Below are positions 8,546 to 17,101 of a DNA stretch of 38,544 bases, in pieces. How positions within the stretch are numbered: the first letter of the stretch is position 1; each line of letters starts with the position of its first letter. The notes under the pieces were generated by a model. It ran no database searches, was not told the origin of the DNA, and saw only the letters and a program-made list of their open reading frames with translations. Source of the stretch: Actinomycetota bacterium (GTDB lineage: Bacteria > Actinomycetota > Aquicultoria > Subteraquimicrobiales > Subteraquimicrobiaceae); contig JBFMAG010000134.1 in assembly GCA_040755895.1 (NCBI GenBank), positions 1-38,544 on the forward strand. The letters run 5' to 3'. A program made the translations under genes and the position numbers.

Positions 8546-11500
8546 TTATAGCTTCTCTTCTATCCAACCTTCGATTTCCAAGTATGCCCCCTTTAATTTC
8601 TCAATTTGTTCATCGGTGGCATCCCAGTAACCTCGCTTGTTCGCCTCAAGCAACCTGTTGACTATTTCTGCGGTGGCGAAGCGGTTATTTTCCGCCATTC
8701 GTTTTCGCATTTCCTCATCGAAGATATAGCGTTCAGCGATCCCACTCCATATCCAGTTGTCCACACGATTGGTGGTCGCCGCCAAGCCCAGTACATATTC
8801 CACTCTGTCCGCAATCTTCTGAGCACCGTGGAAGTCGTGTTTCAACATCCCATCGATCCACTTTGGATTGAGAAGTCTGGCTCTCACCCCTCTCTCAATG
8901 GCATCCTCCACATTCTCGGTTTTTATAATCTCTTTTGTGGTGTCGGAGATGAGCATCTCCGGTTTTTTGCCACTTGTGGTTTCAACTGCCTTGGACAGTC
9001 CTCCAAAGAACTCGTAGTAATGGTCGAGCTCTATTATCTCGTATTCATGCGTGTCTCTTACCTGGGAGACCAATTCCACCTTTGAGAGCATCGCCTTTAA
9101 AACCTTTTCCGCTTCAACAGCGTGAAGATTATAACCGTAAGCATGTTTCATGCTTGAGATGTACACCTTACCTATGGTCTTCTCCTCCTTCCAGTTCGAC
9201 GTCTCAATGAGATTGGTCACCCTTGTGGCATACTGGGCGGCGCTCGGTCCATAGATTCTAGCATTTGCCATTTTCTCCCTATGCTCAACTCCAGGCTCAA
9301 TCTCCTCTAGGATTTCCGTGGAGTGTTTCTTAACATAATTCATATTCTCGCTCTCATCTAAGGATGCAACCAGGTTGAAGGCCTCATCCAACAACTTGAT
9401 AACATTCGGGAATGTGTCTCTGAAGATGCCGCAGATGGTCACCAGGACATCTATTCGGGGACGACCCAGTTCCTCAAGGGGGATAACTTTTAATCTCTTA
9501 TCCCAAACTGAGCCAATTGGTCTCACGCCGATGTATCTCAGTATCTGACCGATTGTTTCGCCTCTGGTCTTCATGGTCTCAAAGCCCCAAAGGACTACCC
9601 CTACGCTCTCCGGATATCCGTGAATATGACGATACCGTTTAAGCGTATTTTCGGCTATCTCTGAGCCACGCTCATAAGCAGCATCGCTGGGGACCATCCG
9701 GGGATCGAATTGAAAGGTATTGCTACCCGTGGGAAGAACATCGGGGGTGCGTATGGGATCTCCCCCAATGTTTGGATAAGTATACCTCCCTTCCAAGGCG
9801 TGGATGAGACCTCCAAGCTCATCTCCCCTCCTATAGTCCTCGATGACTTTCAGCCCAAACTTCAAAGTTTTCTCAAGCTCAAAGGTTAGATCCTTCGATA
9901 CTTCAACCGACTTCAAAGCATCATTCAGCGATTCAAACAGTACCTTCCTCGCGAGATCTCTTGCCTTGGATTCGATATCCTCCAAAATTTGGGCATATGT
10001 CTTTCCCCCCAAAGACTCGCCAGGATTCTTCATCGCCCAATCATAATTTATACCTTGAGATTCAAGGAGTATCCGATGGAGTGATTTAATCTCCCCCCTA
10101 TCGTAACGAAGAATGAAGGTGAGGAACTCAACCAATCCATCGTCATCGTATTTTTCGCCCATTATATGCAAGCCCTTAGGGATAATGGATCGTTTAATCT
10201 CAAATATTTCACTGTGAATTTCCTCTATGGATTCGCTCCGGAAATTCAGTTCTTTGGTAACTTTGAGGATTTGCTCCTCGACCCTCTGAGCTCTGAGCGG
10301 ATCTTGAACCCTCGCCTCATTATATTCGGCGATCAAATCATCCAGTTTCGAAAGTTCATCGTAGAGACTGGAAGAGGTAAATGTGGGAGTCATGTGATTA
10401 ACGATGGTGGCGTAACTTCTCCTCTTGGCGATGGTTGCCTCCGAGGAGTTGGTAACCCAATAGATATAAATATGGGGCAGATTCCCAATCAAGTTATCGG
10501 GAAAGCATTCCCGGGAGAGCCCAATCTCTTTCCCAGCGGTGAATTCCAGAGTTCCGTGAGTACCCACGTGAACAACGGCATCAGCTTTGAATTCGTTCTC
10601 TAACCACTTATAGAAGGCAATATACTGGTGATGTGGTGCCAGAGCTTTATCGTGATACGCCTTCTCAGGATTCTCATGAACACCCCTGGATGGTTGAATG
10701 CCCACAAAGATATTTCCGAATTCGATGCCCGGGATGAGTAGCCTACCATTGTGGACCATCACATTTCCCGGGGGAGAACCCCAGTCACGGATCACCGATT
10801 CTTTGATGCTTTCGGGAAGCTCATCAAACCATTTGGAATACGTGGGGCGATCAATATTTATGAGATTGGCTATCAACTTTTTCTGAGCAATCCATTTGCC
10901 AGAGTTTACTACCGACTGCTCTAAAAATAGTTCATGTAAGGATTTTTCCGGCAAGTCACCCACACTATAACCTTCCTTTTTTAATCTCTGTAATATCCTT
11001 TTCATGCTTTCAAATACATCGAGATAAGCGGCACTGCCCAGATTGTCTTCACCCGGTGGATAATTGAATATGATGAAGGCAATCCTCTTATTGGAATTCC
11101 TTTTTCCGTGAAGCTTCACCCAATTCAAAACTCTTTGCGCCATTCTTTCAATGCGATCATCAATGGGCAGAATGGTCTTCACTCTGCCTTCGATATTCCG
11201 GTCGTATCCGACCTCAGCGAGACCACTCGATGGTATTGGCTCAATAATTCCATCGAGTTCAGGAAGGGTAACGGCGGTGACGACCTCCAGGGGGGATAGA
11301 CCGATCTCTGAAGCTTTCCACTTTTGAATCTCCCGCATGAGCATGGGTGTGCCGTCAAAGACGGGTACATCGAGGTTCTGCAGAGTATCTAAAGTGACCT
11401 GTGGATCTCCACCGAGAGGTCCTCCATTAAGTCTAAACCATCGAAAGCTGACCACGGCATCGACGATGGGTTTCCCATTCTTGTAGAAAAACTCCTTGAT

Positions 11501-12319
11501 ATCCTTGCAACCTTCCATGGAACTTGAAAAAGTTGGAATGATATTGGCGTAGGGTTTTAGCTTTTCCATGAGGGCCTTGATGCCCACATAGCACTCCTCA
11601 AGATGCATGCCTCCGAAAGAAAGCATTCCCACGGTATATGGTTTCTCGAGTTTATGATCCCGTAGATAAGCATCCAAGGTACCATAAAACTTTTGTTCAA
11701 AGGGATCGTAGATTCCCTCTTCGGGATACTCTATTGGAGGATTGAGTTTAACCTTGACCCTATTTTTTCCGTAATTTTTAACGATGAAAAGCAATAGGTT
11801 CTTTATATTCTCCGTTCCGCCATTGCTCCAGTATTTCATGGCAATTATCCAATTTCTGGCGTGCTTTAAGAAACCGAGGGGAAGAATTTTGCCCATCTTA
11901 TCGATCATGTTCGAGATTTTCTGAATCTTTTTATAATCAATGCCGGTGGTTTTCCTGCGTTGCATGATCTTATCCATGGAGAATGACCCCATCCTGGTGA
12001 GGCTCAATACGTACTCCGATCCTCCACAGAGCACGATCACGGTATTCTTTGTACTGGAGAGTGTCTCGGAAACAATCTTTGAGGGACGCCCTCCGCCCCT
12101 AATGTCGATGAGCACGATATCCGCGTTCTGTAGATTCTTCCCTAAGGTGCTATCCTCCACTAATTCTTCTTCAATCTCGTGCCAGTTGTATAGCCTCACT
12201 TTGATGATGTCCCCATATTCTTCCCTGATCTGTTGCAGGGCTTCGGATATCCACTTCGACATGGAAGTCGACGTAAGTATCGCCGTGATCCTTGTGGGCA
12301 CCAGTTCAGGCAATTTCAT
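8546..12319 (-). CDS. cobN: CobN-family class-I chelatase large subunit
   Basis: About 1257 aa from the ATG at 12319, with a GGGAGG SD (the track ORF begins 2 codons earlier at TTG). Size and blocks are typical of CobN/BchH: HHQYIAFYKWL, VHVGTHGTLEFTAGKE, GDPIRTPDVLPTGSN and RPRIDVLVTICGIFRD. Confidence 0.9.
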   Translation of the reverse strand: MKLPELVPTRITAILTSTSMSKWISEALQQIREEYGDIIKVRLYNWHEIEEELVEDSTLGKNLQNADIVLIDIRGGGRPSKIVSETLSSTKNTVIVLCGGSEYVLSLTRMGSFSMDKIMQRRKTTGIDYKKIQKISNMIDKMGKILPLGFLKHARNWIIAMKYWSNGGTENIKNLLLFIVKNYGKNRVKVKLNPPIEYPEEGIYDPFEQKFYGTLDAYLRDHKLEKPYTVGMLSFGGMHLEECYVGIKALMEKLKPYANIIPTFSSSMEGCKDIKEFFYKNGKPIVDAVVSFRWFRLNGGPLGGDPQVTLDTLQNLDVPVFDGTPMLMREIQKWKASEIGLSPLEVVTAVTLPELDGIIEPIPSSGLAEVGYDRNIEGRVKTILPIDDRIERMAQRVLNWVKLHGKRNSNKRIAFIIFNYPPGEDNLGSAAYLDVFESMKRILQRLKKEGYSVGDLPEKSLHELFLEQSVVNSGKWIAQKKLIANLINIDRPTYSKWFDELPESIKESVIRDWGSPPGNVMVHNGRLLIPGIEFGNIFVGIQPSRGVHENPEKAYHDKALAPHHQYIAFYKWLENEFKADAVVHVGTHGTLEFTAGKEIGLSRECFPDNLIGNLPHIYIYWVTNSSEATIAKRRSYATIVNHMTPTFTSSSLYDELSKLDDLIAEYNEARVQDPLRAQRVEEQILKVTKELNFRSESIEEIHSEIFEIKRSIIPKGLHIMGEKYDDDGLVEFLTFILRYDRGEIKSLHRILLESQGINYDWAMKNPGESLGGKTYAQILEDIESKARDLARKVLFESLNDALKSVEVSKDLTFELEKTLKFGLKVIEDYRRGDELGGLIHALEGRYTYPNIGGDPIRTPDVLPTGSNTFQFDPRMVPSDAAYERGSEIAENTLKRYRHIHGYPESVGVVLWGFETMKTRGETIGQILRYIGVRPIGSVWDKRLKVIPLEELGRPRIDVLVTICGIFRDTFPNVIKLLDEAFNLVASLDESENMNYVKKHSTEILEEIEPGVEHREKMANARIYGPSAAQYATRVTNLIETSNWKEEKTIGKVYISSMKHAYGYNLHAVEAEKVLKAMLSKVELVSQVRDTHEYEIIELDHYYEFFGGLSKAVETTSGKKPEMLISDTTKEIIKTENVEDAIERGVRARLLNPKWIDGMLKHDFHGAQKIADRVEYVLGLAATTNRVDNWIWSGIAERYIFDEEMRKRMAENNRFATAEIVNRLLEANKRGYWDATDEQIEKLKGAYLEIEGWIEEKL

Positions 12320-12357
12320 CACCAACCTCCCACGAAGTTCATGGTATTATCGCTTTC

Positions 12358-13458
12358 TCATCGAACATTTTTGCTAGCATCTGCAGATTGGTTGAAGTTG
12401 CGCGGATCAGGTGAGTGCTCGCCAATTAAGGTCCCTTCTAACCTCCCTTGATCTATGCCGAATTCTTCAAAGGGCTTGCGTCTCATCCGGTGAAGCAGAG
12501 CTAAATCGGCGCCTTCCCTCACGTCCTCCTCCGTGACTTGGGTGCGCCCGTGGAAAGCCGCGGTGGTCTTGGCAACTTTCATCATGGTGATATCTGCCCT
12601 GTGACCGTGAACCTTCATCTCAACGGCAATTTCGGCGATGAGTTTGAGCATCTCTTCCGAAATTTCCACTCCATCCAGAATCTTCTTGGCAGAGATGATC
12701 TTCTTTCTCAATTCCTCTTGAGCCCCCTCCCACTCAGAGGCAAAGGCTATGGGATCATCCTCATAACTGGAACGTCGCTTGACTACCTCTACCCTCAAAT
12801 CTGGGTCAGCGATTCCTTCAATTTTCACACACAGTCCAAAGCGATCCAGAAGCTGCGGTCTCAATTCTCCCTCCTCAGGGTTCATCGTTCCCACCAAGAT
12901 GAAGTGGGCTGGGTGGGAGTAGGATACACCCTCCCTTTCGACTGTATTCACTCCCATAGCCGCTGAATCCAGAAGGACATCGACGATGTGATCGTCGAGA
13001 AGATTGACCTCATCCACATAGAGTATTCCCCGATGAGCCTCAGCCAAAACTCCTGGCTCAAAGCGCTTCTCGCCTCGCTTTATAGCGTACTCTATATCAA
13101 GGGTGCCAACTACCCTATCCTCGGTGGCACTCACGGGCAGATCTATCACCCGCATCTTTCTGAGAATCGTCTCAAACTTTCCTCCGTGATTGAATCTCTC
13201 CAAACATCTTTCACACATCTCATTTTTATCACGCGGATTGCAACCGTAGGGACAATCCTTGACCACCTCAATTTCAGGAAGAAGATCAGCGAGGGCTCTT
13301 ACGGCGGTGGACTTTGCGGTGCCTTTCTCGCCACGTATCAGAACCCCGCCTATCTTGGGATTTATAGCGTTGAGGATCAGCGCCATTTTCATCTTCTCTT
13401 GACCAACGATCGCCGTAAATGGATAAATTACCTTCTCATAACAGGACATTATCCTCAC
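12358..13458 (-). CDS. ChlI/BchI-like AAA+ chelatase ATPase subunit
   Basis: 366-aa ORF. It has [21 protein letters not shown], a Walker A (GEKGTAKS), a Walker B ([10 protein letters not shown]) and [18 protein letters not shown]. There is a Cys4 insert (CPYGC...CERC). The start is GTG at 13458 or ATG at 13449. Confidence 0.9.
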   Translation of the reverse strand: MRIMSCYEKVIYPFTAIVGQEKMKMALILNAINPKIGGVLIRGEKGTAKSTAVRALADLLPEIEVVKDCPYGCNPRDKNEMCERCLERFNHGGKFETILRKMRVIDLPVSATEDRVVGTLDIEYAIKRGEKRFEPGVLAEAHRGILYVDEVNLLDDHIVDVLLDSAAMGVNTVEREGVSYSHPAHFILVGTMNPEEGELRPQLLDRFGLCVKIEGIADPDLRVEVVKRRSSYEDDPIAFASEWEGAQEELRKKIISAKKILDGVEISEEMLKLIAEIAVEMKVHGHRADITMMKVAKTTAAFHGRTQVTEEDVREGADLALLHRMRRKPFEEFGIDQGRLEGTLIGEHSPDPRNFNQSADASKNVR

Positions 13459-13471
13459 CTTCTCCTTAAAG

Positions 13472-15472
13472 TTATTGGAGCATCTCTTTTATCACCTGTA
13501 CTATGCTTGAAGCTCTGAGATCCTCCAGTCTAAAGTATTGTCCACCCAGGGCTTGAGCCAACTCCTCAGCCAAACCAAAGTTTATGAATCCATTAGCTTC
13601 GGCGTCGATCACCAAACTTTTTACCCTCTCTTCGGTTCTAATCACCGAAGCCACTCTCAAAGCCTCGGTGAAGGGATCGTCCTCTCCGATGCTCACATTG
13701 GCTTTTCCATCGGTGATTACCACCAGCAGGGGTGAGATGTTTGGATCCTTTCGGAGGTGATTTTTTGCCACCTTATGAGCCAAAGCCAATCCACGGGAGA
13801 GAGGTGTCCTGCCACCCGTGGGTAGCTCTTCCAGCCTCTTTTGAGCTAACTCCACACTGCTGGTCGGAGGGAGCAAGATTTCAGCAGCGCTTTTTCTGAA
13901 AGTCACCATTCCCACCTTATCCCTTTTCTGATAGGCATCCAGTAGCAGGGATAAAATCGCCCCCTTGGCCTCGATCATTCTCCTGTTTGCACCCATGGAG
14001 CCACTGGCATCGACGACGAAGAGAAGGAAATTGCCTATCCTTTTTTCTCTGATCTTTTCCCGAATATCCTCCGTCTCAATGGCGATCGCCAGATCATTTC
14101 TCTTTCGTCTCAGCTGGTACGGTGCCGCCGCTCTCAAGGTAGCATCAAGAGCTATGTCGCCGCTCATTCTGACCTCGGTCGATTTAACATAGCGTCCCGA
14201 TTTTGATGCCGTCTTGGTGCGGCTCCTGCGTCCCGAGCCCCTCCGAAGGATTCCATCCCGTCCGTGCTCAATGCGGCGAACTGGGAATGGTTTTCCTACG
14301 GCGAATACAATTTCCTGGATGAGACGAGGGGAACCATCTTGGCTCTGGGGACGAGATGGTGGCTTCTTGTGCTCTCTCTGTTCCTTTTGTTCCTCTCTAT
14401 CCTCCTCTCTATCCTCCTCCCTCTCCTTCCGATTCTGCTCCTCACGATGAGGAGGCTCTGGTGGAGGTTGCTGCTTACGAAGTGGAGGAACCTCTCTCAT
14501 TCGATGGGGCAAAACCAACTCCGCCGCCTCGAAGATTTCTTCTTCCCCAACCTCATTTTGACTCTTTAGGGCGGCGATTGTCCGAGCGGTCATATCCATG
14601 ACGACATCGGCTCTGTGTCCAGCGACGCAATTTTCCAAACAGATGCGGGCTATGAGCTTAAGGGAATCGGAGGATATCATCACATCCTCTAATCTTTCTT
14701 GGGCGGCGAAGATTTGCTCCGTTAACCTCTTCTGCTCAGGTCTCCATTTCTCGATAAAGGCTTCTGGGTCCACATCATATTCCTCACGCCTCTTGATGAG
14801 CTCCACCCGTTGCTCTGGATCGCTTATCCCCTCGATCCTCACGCAGAGACCGAAGCGATCCAGAAGCTGCGGTCTCAATTCCCCCTCCTCGGGGTTCATC
14901 GTTCCCACCAGGATGAAGTGGGCGGGGTGGGAATAGGATACACCCTCCCTTTCGACTTCATTGATACCCATAGCCGCCGCGTCGAGTAGGACATCGACAA
15001 TGTGATCGTTAAGCAGGTTTACTTCGTCCACATAGATGATGCCTCTGTTTGCCAGAGCCAAGAGTCCGGGCTCAAAGCGCTTCCTGCCTTCCCTTATGGC
15101 GTATTCAAAGTCGATGCTTCCCACTACCCTATCCTCGGTGGCGCTCACCGGCAGTTCCACGACCCAAACTTTCCTCTTCCTGCTGGGCAAACTTTTGTCG
15201 AGAAAGATTCTTTCCTTACATTCGGGGCACACTTTGGAAAGATCATGTGGGTCACAGCTATAGGGACAGCCTTCGACGACTTCTATTTCGGGCAATAGAT
15301 CAGCGAGTCCCCGAACAGCGGTCGATTTGGCAGTTCCTTTATGACCTCTGATCAATACCCCGCCTATCTTGGGATTTATGGCGTTGAGGATCAGCGCCAT
15401 TTTCATCTTCTCTTGACCCACGATCGCCGTAAATGGATACACCGAGTCCCTAAAACAGCTCAAACCCTTCAC
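13472..15472 (-). CDS. ChlD/BchD-like chelatase subunit (AAA+ module, Pro/acidic linker, vWA domain)
   Basis: 666-aa ORF with a GTG start. The N-terminal 330 aa are paralogous to the ChlI-like gene and retain Walker A (GHKGTAKS). The linker reads [37 protein letters not shown]. The C-terminal vWA/MIDAS region reads [12 protein letters not shown]...[10 protein letters not shown]. Confidence 0.9.
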   Translation of the reverse strand: MKGLSCFRDSVYPFTAIVGQEKMKMALILNAINPKIGGVLIRGHKGTAKSTAVRGLADLLPEIEVVEGCPYSCDPHDLSKVCPECKERIFLDKSLPSRKRKVWVVELPVSATEDRVVGSIDFEYAIREGRKRFEPGLLALANRGIIYVDEVNLLNDHIVDVLLDAAAMGINEVEREGVSYSHPAHFILVGTMNPEEGELRPQLLDRFGLCVRIEGISDPEQRVELIKRREEYDVDPEAFIEKWRPEQKRLTEQIFAAQERLEDVMISSDSLKLIARICLENCVAGHRADVVMDMTARTIAALKSQNEVGEEEIFEAAELVLPHRMREVPPLRKQQPPPEPPHREEQNRKEREEDREEDREEQKEQREHKKPPSRPQSQDGSPRLIQEIVFAVGKPFPVRRIEHGRDGILRRGSGRRSRTKTASKSGRYVKSTEVRMSGDIALDATLRAAAPYQLRRKRNDLAIAIETEDIREKIREKRIGNFLLFVVDASGSMGANRRMIEAKGAILSLLLDAYQKRDKVGMVTFRKSAAEILLPPTSSVELAQKRLEELPTGGRTPLSRGLALAHKVAKNHLRKDPNISPLLVVITDGKANVSIGEDDPFTEALRVASVIRTEERVKSLVIDAEANGFINFGLAEELAQALGGQYFRLEDLRASSIVQVIKEMLQ

Positions 15473-15553
15473 CTCTCATTTAGAAGTTGCATCTGCTATC
15501 CCTAACCTCACCAGCTAAGTCTGCCACATGAGCATTTTAAAGAATGGGTTCTT

Positions 15554-15713
15554 TGGTCAAAATAATTTTGTTTAGAAAATTTCTCAAACTTTCCGCTATG
15601 CTGGGGCAGGCAGAAGCCCCTCAAATCCCTGCCTGCCCGTGCAGCACCGCGGATCCAGAGGATATGAGGTGTCTGCCTGCACCCCACGGACTGGCAAGAC
15701 AAATAAAAAACCA
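15554..15713 (-). promoter_or_regulatory. Copy 1 of the duplicated promoter/leader module (upstream of the ChlD-ChlI-CobN-ECF operon)
   Basis: About 97% identical to 23424-23581 by eye (1 substitution, 3 small indels). On the minus strand it contains TTGAGA (15587-15582), a 17-nt spacer and TATTTT (15564-15559). It also has a perfect 10-bp GC dyad, GGGCAGGCAG (15604-15613) and CTGCCTGCCC (15629-15638), with a 15-nt spacer. Confidence 0.5.
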
Positions 15714-15753
15714 CGAAAACCCCACCTTCGACCAGGTCTAAAACCTTCGTGGT
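15704..15753 (-). terminator. Rho-independent terminator-like hairpin
   Basis: Minus strand: ACCACGAA...TTCGTGGT stem (8 bp, structured ~28-nt loop) followed by TTTTTTATTT. The homologous hairpin is at 23572-23623. Confidence 0.5.
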
Positions 15754-15811
15754 CTCAGTTACAAACATCATGTATAGCCTTATTTGCAAATCCTTATTCC
15801 CAAATCCAACT

Positions 15812-15864
15812 AAAAAAAGACCAAAAAGCTCCAACCTTCGGGTTAGAATAGACCTTCGTGGTCT
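15812..15864 (-). terminator. Rho-independent terminator-like hairpin (second, tandem)
   Basis: Minus strand: AAGACCA...TGGTCTT stem followed by TTTTTTT. The loop again contains CGAAGGT motifs. Confidence 0.45.
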
Positions 15865-15961
15865 TACTTCACTGTTTATATTCGACGGATATTTTAAATT
15901 TCCTTCTTAAAAATTGATATCTTTTGCTGTGTACTACTTATACAAATTTGTGGAATCCGGT

Positions 15962-16078
15962 TTACAACAGGCAGACATCTGTCCACTTACAGAGATGTTC
16001 CTTAAAAACTGCGGGAAATTGGGAAATGACCTCCCAAATTTTAGAGGCGGGTGTAACATTCGCGAATTTACCTGCCAT
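15962..16078 (-). pseudogene. Remnant copy of the last 38 codons of the ribokinase-like gene at 24060-24941
   Basis: Minus-strand translation is MAGKFANVTPASKIWEVISQFPAVFKEHLCKWTDVCLL*. The C-terminus of the 293-aa protein is MAGKFANVTPASKIWEVISQFPAVFKEYLCKWTGICLI*. There is no SD, and it starts 12 nt after the DUF2149-like stop. Confidence 0.6.
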
Positions 16079-16090
16079 GTCTACTTAAAT

Positions 16091-16426
16091 TTAAGGGCTG
16101 ACCAGGATTAGCTTGCCGGTCTTGGAATCTTTATATACTACTCCCATTTCCTCATATCCCTCACCGGTTCCTGATACCAGCGGTGGGGGAGTTTTAATTT
16201 CTTTCCCCTTCTCTATCTTGACTATCTTTTTAATTGCCTCCACCATTCTTCTTCTTTCTTCCAAAGAAGTATCTTTAAAAATCACATTCTGGAGATTCCA
16301 GGAGAGAACAAGCATTACAATTAAGCCACAAGCAAAGACCAGCATGGCATCTACCAGGTTAGCCACTCCCGACATAGGATTAATATCTTCTTCTAATCGG
16401 GGCAAAATCTTCCGCTTTCTTGCCAT
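16091..16426 (-). CDS. Small single-TM ExbD/TolR-like protein (DUF2149-like)
   Basis: 111-aa ORF with a GGAGGTG SD 9 nt upstream. The N-terminus (INPMSGVANLVDAMLVFACGLIVMLVL) resembles DUF2149 as I recall it. It overlaps the end of the MotA/ExbB-like gene by 47 nt. Confidence 0.6.
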   Translation of the reverse strand: MARKRKILPRLEEDINPMSGVANLVDAMLVFACGLIVMLVLSWNLQNVIFKDTSLEERRRMVEAIKKIVKIEKGKEIKTPPPLVSGTGEGYEEMGVVYKDSKTGKLILVSP

Positions 16427-17051
16427 TTTCCAACACCTCCAGTAAAGGATCTATCAAAGCTTCCAGGGTGCTTATGTGTTCTTCGTACCATCTTTTTCTA
16501 ATCTTAGAAATGGTATAGCCAATGCAACCTGCTGCCAATCCAACAATAGTAGTATCAAAAGCAATGATGACGGCTTGAGCCAAAGTGTGAACATCTCCTC
16601 TTCCCAATGCTGCAAGACCTGGACCCAAAGGAATTAGAGTTCCCATCAACCCCAAAGCAGGACCCCAGCGGGCAAGCATATCAGTCTTTTCAAGCGTTTG
16701 AGCTGCTTTGAGCTCTTCTTCCTCAATCAACTTTCGAGCCAAGGCATTTAGGGAATCATTGGTCAAATAGTTATGAGAGACTATTTTCTCCAGGATGTTT
16801 TTCTGATTTTGTGAAAGGGTGTTGGCAGAAATCGCTTCTCTTATCTCATTTGTGTTGTGCAGTTTCTTAATTATTTCTCCAATTTCTTCACTGCTTACTT
16901 TTGTTCTTTGTGAATATTCCGAAACTAGACTCCCTAACTCAATAACACCAAAAGTTATGCAGATAAGTAGCCCTATAATATCGGGGATGAGTAAGCTTTG
17001 TGAAATTAAATGTAAAGCCTTGCTTAAGAATTCACTTCCTGGAACAATCAT
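16380..17051 (-). CDS. MotA/TolQ/ExbB-family proton channel protein
   Basis: 223-aa ORF with a GGAGGAG SD. It has an N-terminal TM helix, a cytoplasmic helical region, and then the conserved channel segment ARWGPALGLMGTLIPLGPGLAAL...AFDTTIVGLAAG. Confidence 0.85.
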   Translation of the reverse strand: MIVPGSEFLSKALHLISQSLLIPDIIGLLICITFGVIELGSLVSEYSQRTKVSSEEIGEIIKKLHNTNEIREAISANTLSQNQKNILEKIVSHNYLTNDSLNALARKLIEEEELKAAQTLEKTDMLARWGPALGLMGTLIPLGPGLAALGRGDVHTLAQAVIIAFDTTIVGLAAGCIGYTISKIRKRWYEEHISTLEALIDPLLEVLENGKKAEDFAPIRRRY

Positions 17052-17101
17052 AAGAATCGCTCCTCCATTTCTTCAGAGTGACCCTGAGCATAGTCGAAGG
17101 G

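Noticed and set aside
8606-12377. Multiple plus-strand ORFs of 60-160 aa antisense to cobN. Similar sets lie opposite feoB, the ChlI/ChlD genes, the CobN giant and the multihaem gene.
   Set aside because: These are shadow ORFs inside long, motif-rich minus-strand genes. They have low-complexity or odd composition and no SD.
15473-15713. Cobalamin riboswitch in the shared leader of the two CobN operons (also 23396-23581).
   Set aside because: The context invites it, and there are faint resemblances (GCCAGTC versus GCCACTG, CUGCCUGCC versus the B12-box end). However, the conserved core (AGGGAA...GGUG.AA.UCC...CCCGC.ACUG) is absent and the element order is wrong. I could not match it to Moco, NiCo, c-di-GMP-II or other classes by eye either. 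It is kept only as an unassigned regulatory module.
15508-15834. 108-aa ORF, and the N-terminal 57 codons of track ORF 23117-23566, sharing ...AARAGRDLRGFCLPQHSGKFEKFSKQNYFDQ...
   Set aside because: The shared peptide is simply the translation of the duplicated non-coding promoter/leader module. There is no SD, and the real downstream gene starts at 23395 with a signal peptide.
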